In this document: positions 1-8,945 of the stretch, one piece after another | How positions within the stretch are numbered: position 1 is the first letter of the stretch | How the letters are laid out: each line of letters begins with the position of its first letter | Sequence record: DRR723986_643 | Length of the DNA stretch: 64,000 nt | Strand: one strand, 5' to 3' | The notes under the pieces: model-generated | Seen by the model: only the letters and a program-made list of their open reading frames with translations | Database searches by the model: none | What the model was told of the DNA's origin: nothing | Program-made: the position numbers and the translations under genes

Positions 1-27
1 CGCTCTAACCAACTGAGCTATGGTCCT
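1..27 (-). tRNA. tRNA 5' portion, truncated by the window edge. The anticodon is not visible; the 5' sequence resembles Val(GAC)/Ile(GAT)-type tRNAs
   Basis: Reverse complement reads AGGACCA-TA-GCTC-AGTTGGTTA-GAGC-G: 7-nt acceptor strand, T8A9, D-stem GCTC/GAGC and GG in the D-loop. Confidence 0.85.
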
Positions 28-39
28 GTCGTGACGGAC

Positions 40-72
40 GCGCATTATAATGGCGCGCCGTACGCAGCTCAA
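40..72 (-). promoter_or_regulatory. sigma70 promoter for the tRNA with GC-rich discriminator
   Basis: Minus strand: TTGAGC (72-67), 17-nt spacer, perfect TATAAT (49-44), then GCGC discriminator typical of stringently controlled stable-RNA promoters. Confidence 0.7.
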
Positions 73-102
73 CCACCAAAATTCGACTATCGCAGCGGCC
101 AA

Positions 103-1137
103 TCAGCCGCGATCCACCGGTGCGCGATAGCGCTCCTGCAGCACGGTGAGTTGCCAGAGATCCTTGCGGTCGAGGTGCAGGAAGGGCTGCAAGGTGAGGA
201 CCCCGATCCGTCCTATGGAGCGGCGCAGGAAGCGAAGCTCGCGGAACATCTCCCGCACCTCCGGGTCTGGCTCCGGAGCCAGGCCGTGCTGGCGCATCAT
301 CAGCAGGCCCTTCGCTCGCAGCGCGAGTTCTGTATAAATCCGTAGATAGCAGAGCATGTCGCCAACTACCGGGCCCGGGAATCGCTCTCTGATATCCTGC
401 AGGAACCGGCCGGCATTGGTGTCGCGCAACTCTCCGGAGTCGATCTGGCGAATCAGGTCAGCATCGGAATCAAAATCCAGCTGCAACCAGACGTGAAGAT
501 CGTTAGCGCTCTTGCGAAAAACCAGCACCAGCAACACAGGCAGAACTGTCAGCACCACCACGGTATGCATGACAGGAGACAGGTAGAACTGGTTGAACGC
601 CCAGTGCAAGGCGGTGGCCAGCGCCAGCCCGGGCAGGAAGAACACCAGATTCAGGCGCAGGCTGCGCTCGGTAAAGCGCTGGGCAAGCAACGCGAAAATG
701 GCGCTCACACCGCCGTGCATCACTGCCGTGCCCAGGCCGCGAATCAGCCAGACGCCCTCCGCCAGGGGTGGCCCTGCGAACAGGAGGTAGAGGTTTTCGG
801 CCAGGGCAAAGCCCGCACCGACCGCGAAGCCGAGAATGGCGGCATCGACCAGAAAGCCAACCCGGTGGGTACGGAACAGGGCGACAACCAGGGCACCCTT
901 GGCGAGCTCTTCTATGGCGGGCGCCAACAGACCGATATAGGTATCCCGCGGGACGAAGTCCAAACCGAGCAGCATGCGGTGGCAAACCAGGCTTAGCCAG
1001 GCGGCACCCATACCCGCAACGATGACCAGCGCCACCCGGCGAACCGGCGTCAACTGATGGCTGTCCATGGCGCGCAGGCTCGCCAGAAACAGGATCACCG
1101 GTAACAGACCGATCAGCAATGCGGGTAGAACGTCCAT
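103..1137 (-). CDS. prsW: PrsW-family glutamic intramembrane protease with soluble C-terminal extension
   Basis: Multiple TM helices and the PrsW motifs PAIEELAK (EExxK), GFALAEN (FxxxE), VMHG and LHWAFN (HxxxB); GGAG SD upstream. Confidence 0.85.
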   Translation of the reverse strand: MDVLPALLIGLLPVILFLASLRAMDSHQLTPVRRVALVIVAGMGAAWLSLVCHRMLLGLDFVPRDTYIGLLAPAIEELAKGALVVALFRTHRVGFLVDAAILGFAVGAGFALAENLYLLFAGPPLAEGVWLIRGLGTAVMHGGVSAIFALLAQRFTERSLRLNLVFFLPGLALATALHWAFNQFYLSPVMHTVVVLTVLPVLLVLVFRKSANDLHVWLQLDFDSDADLIRQIDSGELRDTNAGRFLQDIRERFPGPVVGDMLCYLRIYTELALRAKGLLMMRQHGLAPEPDPEVREMFRELRFLRRSIGRIGVLTLQPFLHLDRKDLWQLTVLQERYRAPVDRG

Positions 1138-1288
1138 CGCGCTCCATGGCAGGGACAGGAGAACCCCGGATTCTGCCAGAGATTAGACGCGCGTTGGGCG
1201 CCGGGGATAAAAAAATGGTGACCGCAGGCCACCAGGGAGAATCGCTCAACCGGGCGAAAAGAGCCCGCATCGATATGCCCGGAGGGCG

Positions 1289-1972
1289 CTATCTCTCCGC
1301 AAACTTCAGGGAACCGGCGTACACGACTTCCCCGGCTCGAACCAACTCCACCTCGACCCCGTCGGGTATGCCTGCGACCGGGTAGACCGTGAGCTGCTCG
1401 CCAGTGACAACCAGCTCGGCAATCGGTTCGGCCCCGAGGGTGCGTAAATGCACCTGTACCGGCTCACCCGAGTCAGCCCGTACCTGGAGCAGATAACCAG
1501 CTTCACTGCGCAGCAGCGAGATGTCCGCCGCCACATCCTGCCAGGCAAGTTCGACACGGCCCATCAATTCGGATTGCGGAACGAGGGTGCCGGTCATCTG
1601 GTCCGCCAGGCGCTGGTCGATCTCGCCCGGCGACCCGAGACCAACCCCAACGACAACGGCCAGTAGCAGACTGGCCGCCAGGGCGAAGCCCCGCCACTGC
1701 GGGCGGCTGTTGGCGGGTATACGGGGAATCATCTGGGTCTGCGCCTGGCGGTTAACCGCCGGCGGCAAGTCGGCAAATATCCGCTGCTCGAGATCGGCCG
1801 GTGCGCTGACCTCAGGCGCTTCCGCCAGCAGCGCATCCAACTGGCCCAGATCATGCTCCAGCGCTTCCGCCTCAGAGTCACCCGCCAGGCGAGCGCGCAG
1901 CGCCTGTGCTTCAGCCGCATCGAGCTCCCCGTCCAGCAGGGCCTGTAATTCCAATTTGTCGTGTTCGTTCAT
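1289..1972 (-). CDS. Single-pass membrane anti-sigma factor
   Basis: N-terminal LQALLDGELD anti-sigma domain, one TM helix (WRGFALAASLLLAVVVGVGL), periplasmic C-terminus; ATGA overlap with the ECF sigma gene. Confidence 0.8.
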   Translation of the reverse strand: MNEHDKLELQALLDGELDAAEAQALRARLAGDSEAEALEHDLGQLDALLAEAPEVSAPADLEQRIFADLPPAVNRQAQTQMIPRIPANSRPQWRGFALAASLLLAVVVGVGLGSPGEIDQRLADQMTGTLVPQSELMGRVELAWQDVAADISLLRSEAGYLLQVRADSGEPVQVHLRTLGAEPIAELVVTGEQLTVYPVAGIPDGVEVELVRAGEVVYAGSLKFAER

Positions 1973-2529
1973 CTTGTACTACTCACTCCTGCCTGCTGCA
2001 GGACCGACTGCAGACTGCGCCGCGCCTCGAACAAGCGGGAGCGCACAGTCTTTTCCGGTAAGGCCAGGATATTGCTGATCTCGGCATAGCTGCAGTCGGC
2101 ATAATGGCGCAAGGTAATTACTGCACGGTGGTCGTCACTCAGCTGCATCAATGCAGCCTGGACCTGCGTCTTGAGCTCATCGTGCCGGGAAGCCAGCTCC
2201 GGACCATCTCCTTGATCCGGTACCGGCTGATCCAGATATTCGGTTCCACTATCGCGCCGCCGGACATTGAGAGCTTCATTGATGGCGATGCGGTAAATCC
2301 AGCTGAAAAACTTGAACTGAGGATTATAGGATCCGAGGTTTTCAAATGCTTTGAGAAATACGGTTTGTGTGACATCAGCGGCATCCTCCCTGCTTCCCAG
2401 CATCCGAAAGGCCAGCTTGAACAGCGTTCCCTGGTAGAGTCTGACCAGCGCTTCCAGCGCTTCACGGTCACCCTGCTGCCCAAGCCGGACTAGTTGGCCA
2501 TCCCTGGCCCGTTCCAACTCCTTACTCAT
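1969..2529 (-). CDS. ECF-family RNA polymerase sigma factor (SigW/RpoE-like)
   Basis: Region 2 (DAADVTQTVFLKAF...FFSWIYRIAIN) and region 4 HTH (SYAEISNILALPEKTVRSRLFEAR); 186 aa. Confidence 0.92.
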   Translation of the reverse strand: MSKELERARDGQLVRLGQQGDREALEALVRLYQGTLFKLAFRMLGSREDAADVTQTVFLKAFENLGSYNPQFKFFSWIYRIAINEALNVRRRDSGTEYLDQPVPDQGDGPELASRHDELKTQVQAALMQLSDDHRAVITLRHYADCSYAEISNILALPEKTVRSRLFEARRSLQSVLQQAGVSSTR

Positions 2530-2579
2530 ACCTACCGCCGGGAAGGTAAAAAGTTGGAACGCGAGAGAAAATAGTGTGC

Positions 2580-2598
2580 AAATGCACCATATGCATTT
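2580..2598. promoter_or_regulatory. Perfect 7-5-7 inverted repeat, candidate operator upstream of the ECF sigma gene
   Basis: AAATGCA-CCATA-TGCATTT inside an AT-rich intergenic patch; contains a T-N11-A core. Confidence 0.3.
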
Positions 2599-2623
2599 TA
2601 TCTATCTGATTTATTTGGCTTTT

Positions 2624-2914
2624 TTATTTCCCCGGAACGACTTCAAAGAGCCGATCGAAGCCCGAGTAATGCAAAATATCGACTATATGCGGATTCACCT
2701 GCACCAGCTTGAGGCCGCCCCCCTGCCCCAGCAGCCGCTTGTGCGTCTTCAGCAGCAGCCCGAGGCCCGCGCTGGAAATGTACTCGAGTAGCGCCATGTC
2801 GACCACCGTTTCGGTATCGATACCATCAAACACTGCCTCACAGCGGATCGCCTGGGCGGCGTCCAGGCGGCCGGACAAACGCAAGAGTCCCGGTTCCTCG
2901 TGGATATCAAACAT
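2624..2914 (-). CDS. STAS-domain anti-sigma factor antagonist (RsbV/SpoIIAA-like)
   Basis: LSGRLDA and LEYISSAGLG (phosphoacceptor Ser motif). Start moved to ATG 2914, which overlaps the kinase stop (ATGTTTGA). Confidence 0.9.
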   Translation of the reverse strand: MFDIHEEPGLLRLSGRLDAAQAIRCEAVFDGIDTETVVDMALLEYISSAGLGLLLKTHKRLLGQGGGLKLVQVNPHIVDILHYSGFDRLFEVVPGK

Positions 2915-3320
2915 CGTCTGCTCTCGCTGTTGCGGTAAAACTGACTCGGCTTTGCCGGTCACCGTACTGGTACTCGAGGCTGGAAACCACCTGTTTCACC
3001 AGGTGCAGCCCCAGGCCACCGGGTTCTCGCTGGTCCAGCGCCAGCCGGGTATCTACATCCGGTGCCTCACGGGGATCAAACGGCAAGGCACCGCTGGCGC
3101 ACAGGCTGACTGCCACGCCGTGCTCCAGCGGGGACATTTCCAACAGCACCGGGTCCCGGTCAGGGCCGCCGTGGCGGAGGATATTAACGAACAATTCCTC
3201 GGTTGCCAGATCAACCGCAAAGGCCAGGCTTTCGGGTATCTGCTGCTCGGCAAAAAATGCCCGGGTCGCCGCGACAATGCGATCCAGCTCGGCAACATCC
3301 CTGGCCAGCGTGAGCCTCAT
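2907..3320 (-). CDS. RsbW/SpoIIAB-like anti-sigma serine kinase (HATPase_c_2 fold)
   Basis: N-box EELFVNILRHG, PFDP, G2 box REPGGLGLHLV; lies between PP2C and STAS genes. Confidence 0.85.
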   Translation of the reverse strand: MRLTLARDVAELDRIVAATRAFFAEQQIPESLAFAVDLATEELFVNILRHGGPDRDPVLLEMSPLEHGVAVSLCASGALPFDPREAPDVDTRLALDQREPGGLGLHLVKQVVSSLEYQYGDRQSRVSFTATARADDV

Positions 3321-3392
3321 TCACCATCCTTGCGTCTGCATCGCGCCCAGTGACAGTCTAGAGCACAGTCCGCATCGAAAACACCCGCGCAG

Positions 3393-4175
3393 TCAGCGCG
3401 AGCGCCGCAGCAAGACCATGGTTATGTCGTCCTGCTGGACAGCCCCCTCGCCGAATGCTACCAGCGCAGACAGGATGCCCTCACCGAGCTGCTGCAGCGA
3501 CTGTTCTGTCGCCCCGGCCACCAGTTCGGCGACCCGCTCCAGGCCGAATACCCGCGCGCCGCCATCCGGGTACTCGTACACCCCATCCGAAAGCAGCGCG
3601 ACCACGTCCCCGCGAGCCAGCGACAGGGTGGCATCTGCGGCTGCCCGCTCCACCTCCATGCTACCCAGCGGGAAGGTAGTGGGCCCGAACCAATCAGCTG
3701 TGCCGCTAGCGGCTCGCCAGTGCAGGATCGGCGCCTGTCCCGCCGAGTGATAGCGCAATCGATGGGTATCCGGATCCAGAAAACCGAGGAAGGCGGTTAC
3801 AAAGCGGTCCGCCGGCAGATCCTCCGCAAGCTGGTTGTTGACATGCACATAGGCCTGGTCGAGGTTTGCGCCGAGGCGAAAGGCGACGCGGAACATCGCC
3901 TGCATCTGGGTTGCCGACAGCGCCGGGCCGTAGCCATGACCAGTGGCATCGCCGAGCAGAACGAACACTCCCTGCTCCAGCCTGACCAGGTCGAACATGT
4001 CTCCCCCGGTATGGACAGTAGGGCGCAACAGGCCCCAGAGCTCGTAGCCCTCAACCGCCGGCATGACCGGCGGCAGGATGCTGAGCTGAATCTCGCGCGC
4101 TACCGCTACCTCGTCCTGCAGCAGATCCAGCGAAATCGGCGCCTGCGGCAGTTCGCTGGAGAACGCCTCAGTCAT
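3393..4175 (-). CDS. Stand-alone PP2C/SpoIIE (RsbU-like) Ser/Thr phosphatase
   Basis: AREIQLSILP, GGDMFD, LGDATGHG, SAGQ, LSDGVYE, QDDIT motifs. Start set at ATG 4175, overlapping the amidohydrolase stop (ATGACTGA). Confidence 0.9.
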   Translation of the reverse strand: MTEAFSSELPQAPISLDLLQDEVAVAREIQLSILPPVMPAVEGYELWGLLRPTVHTGGDMFDLVRLEQGVFVLLGDATGHGYGPALSATQMQAMFRVAFRLGANLDQAYVHVNNQLAEDLPADRFVTAFLGFLDPDTHRLRYHSAGQAPILHWRAASGTADWFGPTTFPLGSMEVERAAADATLSLARGDVVALLSDGVYEYPDGGARVFGLERVAELVAGATEQSLQQLGEGILSALVAFGEGAVQQDDITMVLLRRSR

Positions 4176-5823
4176 CGATGTCGGCCGCCTGGAATACCGA
4201 CTGGCCCGCCAGGTACGTGGCCAGCACCCGGTTCTTCCAGATGTCCTGCTCGGCGATGCTGAAATAGTCATCCTCGACCAGGATGAAATCCGCACTGAAG
4301 CCCGGCAGCAGGCGACCTATACGACGCTCCTGGTGGGCGGCGAAGGCGGCATCCTCGGTAAACAGGCTCAGGGTTTCGGCGCGACTCAGTTTTTCCCCCG
4401 GCAGCCAGCCGCCCGGCGGCCGGTTGTCCTGACCCTGGCGCGTCACCGCCGCGTGCAGGCCGAAAAACGGATTGACCGACTCAACCGGGAAGTCCGATCC
4501 CCCTGCCAGACGAGCACCGCTGGCCAGCAGACTGTGCCAGGCATAGGCGCCGGCGAGACGCGCCTCGCCCAGCCGGTCACCCGCCATATTCTTGTCGCTG
4601 GTGGCGTGGGTTGGCTGAATGGAAGCGATCACGCCTGCAGCGGGGAAGCGGGCGATGTCGGCGGGCCGGAGAATCTGGGCATGCTCCACCCGGTGGCGCA
4701 GCTCGCGGCTGCGCTGTTCCCGGTTGAGGCGCTCGTACTCGCTCAATACCCGGTCGTTGGCCAGGTCGCCAATGGCGTGGGTATTGACCTGAAAGCCGGC
4801 CGCGACCGCGCGGTCCATATGGTGCCGAAGCTGCTCGTCATTCAGCAGCAGCAGGCCGCGATGCCCCGGGGAATCGCTGTAATCCTCAAACAACGCTGCG
4901 CCGCGGGACCCGAGAGCACCATCGGCGGAAATTTTCACGCTGCGCACCGCGAGCAATTCGCCCGCGTCCGCGCGTGGCCCGGCCGCGAGGTTCGCATCGT
5001 TGGCCGGATCCAGCACATCAAGCATGGCATAGACGCGTGCCGGCAGGGTGCCGGCAGCGAGCAGTTGCTCGTAGGCACGCAGCTCCTGGGCGGAGACCCG
5101 CGCATCGTGGACCGAGGTGATGCCGTGAGCCGCGAGGTCCCGCAGCGCCCGCAGCTGAAAGGCCGCGACATCCTGGTCGGTGGCCGCCGGCATGATCCCG
5201 AACACCAGGTTCATGGCATTATCGACCAGCACGCCGGTCGCCCGACCGGTGTTGTCCCGCAGAATCTGGCCGCCCTCCGGGTCAGCTGTCTCCGGACCGA
5301 TACCGGCGAGTTCCAGCGCCCGGCTGTTGACCCACAGGGCATGACCGTCGACTCGACCAAGCACAACGGGCTTGTCATTGCCCAGCGCATCCAGGGTCTC
5401 GCGATCGGGAAATTCACGCCCCGGCCACAGCACCTGGTTCCAGCCGCGGCCGGTGATCCATGCCTCACCAGGGTTTGCCTCCATGAATTGCGCCACCCGC
5501 GATACCGCGTCCGCCTCACTGCCCACGCCGATGAGATCGACCGCGGCCAGCGCACGTCCATGGCTGGTGACGTGCCCGTGGGCATCGATCAGGCCCGGCA
5601 ACAGAGTTGCGCCGCCCCCGTCGATGCGGGTTTCGGCAGCGCTCTGCGCCGCTGCAGCAGCCGTGGGATACAGCGCAGTCACCACCCCGGCGTCGTACTC
5701 CAGGGCCACGAACCGCTGCAGCTCACCGTCGTCCATGGTGTAGCCGGAGACGTTGTGCACCAGGGTTGCAGCAAGAGTGGAATGGCTGACGGCGACCAGG
5801 GCCGCGAGAAACCAGTGTTTCAT
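4168..5823 (-). CDS. Exported metal-dependent amidohydrolase (amidohydrolase_3, YtcJ/NfdA-like)
   Basis: Signal peptide MKHWFLAALVAVSHSTLA; LPGLIDAHGH, THAIGD, EHAQ, GSDFPV motifs; ATGA overlap at 5820-5823. Confidence 0.88.
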   Translation of the reverse strand: MKHWFLAALVAVSHSTLAATLVHNVSGYTMDDGELQRFVALEYDAGVVTALYPTAAAAAQSAAETRIDGGGATLLPGLIDAHGHVTSHGRALAAVDLIGVGSEADAVSRVAQFMEANPGEAWITGRGWNQVLWPGREFPDRETLDALGNDKPVVLGRVDGHALWVNSRALELAGIGPETADPEGGQILRDNTGRATGVLVDNAMNLVFGIMPAATDQDVAAFQLRALRDLAAHGITSVHDARVSAQELRAYEQLLAAGTLPARVYAMLDVLDPANDANLAAGPRADAGELLAVRSVKISADGALGSRGAALFEDYSDSPGHRGLLLLNDEQLRHHMDRAVAAGFQVNTHAIGDLANDRVLSEYERLNREQRSRELRHRVEHAQILRPADIARFPAAGVIASIQPTHATSDKNMAGDRLGEARLAGAYAWHSLLASGARLAGGSDFPVESVNPFFGLHAAVTRQGQDNRPPGGWLPGEKLSRAETLSLFTEDAAFAAHQERRIGRLLPGFSADFILVEDDYFSIAEQDIWKNRVLATYLAGQSVFQAADIDD

Positions 5824-7523
5824 TTGGATGCCTCGCTTGTTGCGAAGAGGGGCGTGGGGAATTGGCGGTAACAATCGGCAGCGACGTCCGCAGCGCCTTC
5901 AGCCTCACCACGCCGTTTGGCAGTCGCCATTGCCAGCAGACAGGCGGCTCGATGCCAGGGCTGGCGTTGCAAGGCATCGGCAGCCAGCCTGTCCGCAGCT
6001 TCCAGATCACCCTGGGCAAAAGCTTCGTAGCCGAGGGTCAGCAGGCGCGGCACCGCCGCTGAGGGTGCCTTCAGACGCTGCGGTATGTCCACTTCGTTGC
6101 GGGCCAGCAGGTAACCCGTCGAGTCCCGATAGACCAGCTTCCACTGCCGGGTTTCCCAGAGGGTCTGGAGTTTGGCCTGACCGTTGGCGATGTGCAGGGG
6201 CCAGAGAAAGTAATCGGCGCCGGAGGCATTGACCACGTTCAGCCAACCCTCATCGGAACGGAGGACGGCAATATAGTTGTTGTAGTGCTCGGCATTGTAG
6301 ATGGTGTCAGCCCGGCCATCGATATACACCTTGAGGCCGCCGTCCGTGCGCCAGTGCATGTAGCCCCCCCAGTTGTAATAGGCAAACACGTCACCCTTGA
6401 TGTCGTTCAGCTCCACGAAATCCATCATATCGACGGGGTAGGAATACTCAGCCGTCAGGTAATGAAAGGCCGGGGCGGCACGCACGGGGTAAGGCCACTG
6501 CCGATACGCTGCCACCACCAGAGCGAGCACAGCGAGCGCTATGCCGTAACGCTCCGCGCGCAGCCTGCCGAGAAGGTAGGCCAGCAGCGGGGCCAGCATC
6601 ACCGCCAGGGAAATCCCGAAAATCGGGATAAAGCGACGGCTGGTAAGTGACATGGCCAGGGTGAGGGCAGTCAGCACGAGACCCTCCCAGGGCACCCCCG
6701 TCTCGCGACGGACCGCAGGGATCGCATAGGCCAGGGCCGCGAGTGGGAACCACATCAGCACGAAATACGAAGGCGACGTTATGCCCCCCGACTGAAACGG
6801 CGACAGCCATTCCCCCAACTCACGATAGGGCGAGCTGGAATCAAAGGCATATTTGAGCGGGTAGAGAAAGGTTTCATAACCCGTCGGGTTTACCAGCGCA
6901 GCCGCCAGGCAGATCAGGCCTACCAGGAACGCGCCGCGAAAGTTGTCCCAATTGAAATCCCGCCAGGGAAACAGGAGGATACCCAGCGCCATCAATCCAA
7001 AGAAGAAGCCGCCGTGCAGGTTGACCCATACAAGGAACAGCAGGGCCAGCTGCCAGGTCGGTGCGCGCCGCTCCAGCAGCAGGAACAACAGCAGCGAGAG
7101 GCTGAGTAAGGTGTACAGGTGTGGTCGAACATCGATAAACGGCGCACCAACCAGCACGGCCATACCCGCACACAGAAAACCCGCAGCCCAGCTGCCGGAC
7201 TGCCTGGCTAGCGTGTACTGGAGCAATAGGTAGGTGCCGATGACCACCAGCCACTTCCAGTAGACCAGGGATGCGACCCCGAATGCGGACACCCAGCTGT
7301 AATAAATGATGTCGCTGAACCACTCGTGGTTCAGCCAGTCGTGACCGTGGGCGGAGAACGACCAGTCATCGACCATCCACAGGGTGCGAGTCTGGAACAG
7401 TTCGCGGCCAGCGGCGACATGCCACCACATATCCGAACCCGCCATTTCCGTGTAACCAAATGACAGGACAAGCACGCCTCCCGCTAACAGCCAGAGCGCG
7501 CGATCCAGTGGCAGAGCCCTCAT
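5820..7523 (-). CDS. Polytopic membrane protein, probable GT-C fold glycosyltransferase, with helical C-terminal domain
   Basis: About 11 TM helices; DMWWHVAAGR, NHEW, DVRPH, WVNLHGGF, IDGRAD motifs; lies next to gtrAB-like genes. Confidence 0.6.
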   Translation of the reverse strand: MRALPLDRALWLLAGGVLVLSFGYTEMAGSDMWWHVAAGRELFQTRTLWMVDDWSFSAHGHDWLNHEWFSDIIYYSWVSAFGVASLVYWKWLVVIGTYLLLQYTLARQSGSWAAGFLCAGMAVLVGAPFIDVRPHLYTLLSLSLLLFLLLERRAPTWQLALLFLVWVNLHGGFFFGLMALGILLFPWRDFNWDNFRGAFLVGLICLAAALVNPTGYETFLYPLKYAFDSSSPYRELGEWLSPFQSGGITSPSYFVLMWFPLAALAYAIPAVRRETGVPWEGLVLTALTLAMSLTSRRFIPIFGISLAVMLAPLLAYLLGRLRAERYGIALAVLALVVAAYRQWPYPVRAAPAFHYLTAEYSYPVDMMDFVELNDIKGDVFAYYNWGGYMHWRTDGGLKVYIDGRADTIYNAEHYNNYIAVLRSDEGWLNVVNASGADYFLWPLHIANGQAKLQTLWETRQWKLVYRDSTGYLLARNEVDIPQRLKAPSAAVPRLLTLGYEAFAQGDLEAADRLAADALQRQPWHRAACLLAMATAKRRGEAEGAADVAADCYRQFPTPLFATSEASK

Positions 7524-7580
7524 CAGTCAGGTATCCCCTCGGCAATCATCGACAAATCAATCAGCAAAAAAGTTCCTCCG

Positions 7581-8540
7581 TCAGCCCTGGTCCGACTCGG
7601 GAGCCGCAGAGCTCGCCGGGTGATAGCCCTTCACGAAATACAGGGTACGCCCCTTGCTCTCGCTATAGGTTCGCGCGAGGTATTCACCGATGATGCCCAG
7701 GCAGATCAACTGAACTCCGCCGAGGAAGAGGATAACTACCATCAGCGAGGGATAGCCCGGCACCGGGTCACCGAACAGCAGGGTCTTGGTAACGACATAC
7801 ACACCGTACAGAAACGCGAAGCCGGAAGTCAGCACACCCATATAGGTCGAAATTTTCAGCGGGGCATCACTGAAGGAAGTAATGCCTTCCAGGGCAAAAT
7901 TCCACAGGCGCCAGTAATTCCACTTGGTGACCCCGGACTCCCGCGGCTTGCGTGCATAGGGTACTGCCTTCTGGGGATAACCGATCCAGGCATACAGCCC
8001 TTTCATATATCGATGACGCTCGCCGAGGGTACACAGGGCATCTACCGCCCGACGGCTGAGTAAACGGAAATCGCCAACGTCTTCGGGAATCTCCACGTCG
8101 CTTAAGCGATTCATTATCCGGTAAAACCACTTGGCGGAAAAAATCTTGAACCAGCCCTCTCCCTCGCGACTGGTTCGACGGCCGTACACAACATCGTAGC
8201 CCTCGCGCCAGTTTTTCAGGAATTCGTGAATCAACTCCGGGGGATCCTGCAGATCGGCGTCGATCACGATCACCGCATCGCCCCGTGCATGGTCCAGGCC
8301 TGCAGACAGGGCAATCTCCTTGCCGAAGTTACGGCTGAGTTCCACCAGGCCGACCGTCTCATCCTGCGCACACCAGCCGCGAACCAGTTCAGCGGTGGCA
8401 TCACTACTGCCATCATCGACGTAGATGATCTCGTAACGACAGCCAGTCTCCTCAAGCGTTGCCTTCAGGGTCTGGTGAAAAACCGGCAGTACCTCGGCCT
8501 CGTTGTGCGCCGGCACCACGGCAGAAAGCATGTCACTCAT
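7581..8540 (-). CDS. GT2 polyprenol-phosphate glycosyltransferase (GtrB/ArnC-like)
   Basis: VVPAHNEA, VDDGSSD, LSRNFGKEIAL, IDADLQDPP, GDFRLLSR, two C-terminal TM helices. Confidence 0.92.
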   Translation of the reverse strand: MSDMLSAVVPAHNEAEVLPVFHQTLKATLEETGCRYEIIYVDDGSSDATAELVRGWCAQDETVGLVELSRNFGKEIALSAGLDHARGDAVIVIDADLQDPPELIHEFLKNWREGYDVVYGRRTSREGEGWFKIFSAKWFYRIMNRLSDVEIPEDVGDFRLLSRRAVDALCTLGERHRYMKGLYAWIGYPQKAVPYARKPRESGVTKWNYWRLWNFALEGITSFSDAPLKISTYMGVLTSGFAFLYGVYVVTKTLLFGDPVPGYPSLMVVILFLGGVQLICLGIIGEYLARTYSESKGRTLYFVKGYHPASSAAPESDQG

Positions 8541-8558
8541 GGGGAATGTATTCCGAGG

Positions 8559-8945
8559 TCAGGCACGAAAAACCCAGAGACTGGAGACGAGAAAATTCCA
8601 GCTGATGACGCAGGCAAATGCAATCAGTTGTACCAACAGGTAGTTCCACTCGAGCCCCTCCACGCCTGCCTGCATAACACCGCCATTAAGAACAAAGCCC
8701 AGCGATATCATCACGATATACCGCGCCAGAGCCCGCCCGTGCGGCACCGGCGCAGCAAACGTCCAACTATAGTGCATCACATAATTCACGGCTACGGCGA
8801 ACAGGAAACCCACACTGCTGGCCAGCGCGGCTTGCAGGCCGACATACTCCACCAAAGCATACAGCACGCCATAATGCACCACGGCAGTGACCAGGCCGAC
8901 AACGCTAAACCTGAGCAACCGCCCGGCCTGCAGAAACTCCGCCAC
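8559..8945 (-). CDS. GtrA-family lipid-linked sugar translocase
   Basis: 128 aa, four TM helices, RFSVVG...NYVMHYSWTF...NFLVSSLWVF; directly upstream of the GtrB-like gene. Confidence 0.88.
   Translation of the reverse strand: MAEFLQAGRLLRFSVVGLVTAVVHYGVLYALVEYVGLQAALASSVGFLFAVAVNYVMHYSWTFAAPVPHGRALARYIVMISLGFVLNGGVMQAGVEGLEWNYLLVQLIAFACVISWNFLVSSLWVFRA

Noticed and set aside
2530-2560. Autoregulatory ECF promoter (CCAAC-N16-GGTA on the minus strand) before the sigma gene
   Set aside because: Weak match, and the -10 element would be only 3 nt from the ATG; not supportable without TSS data
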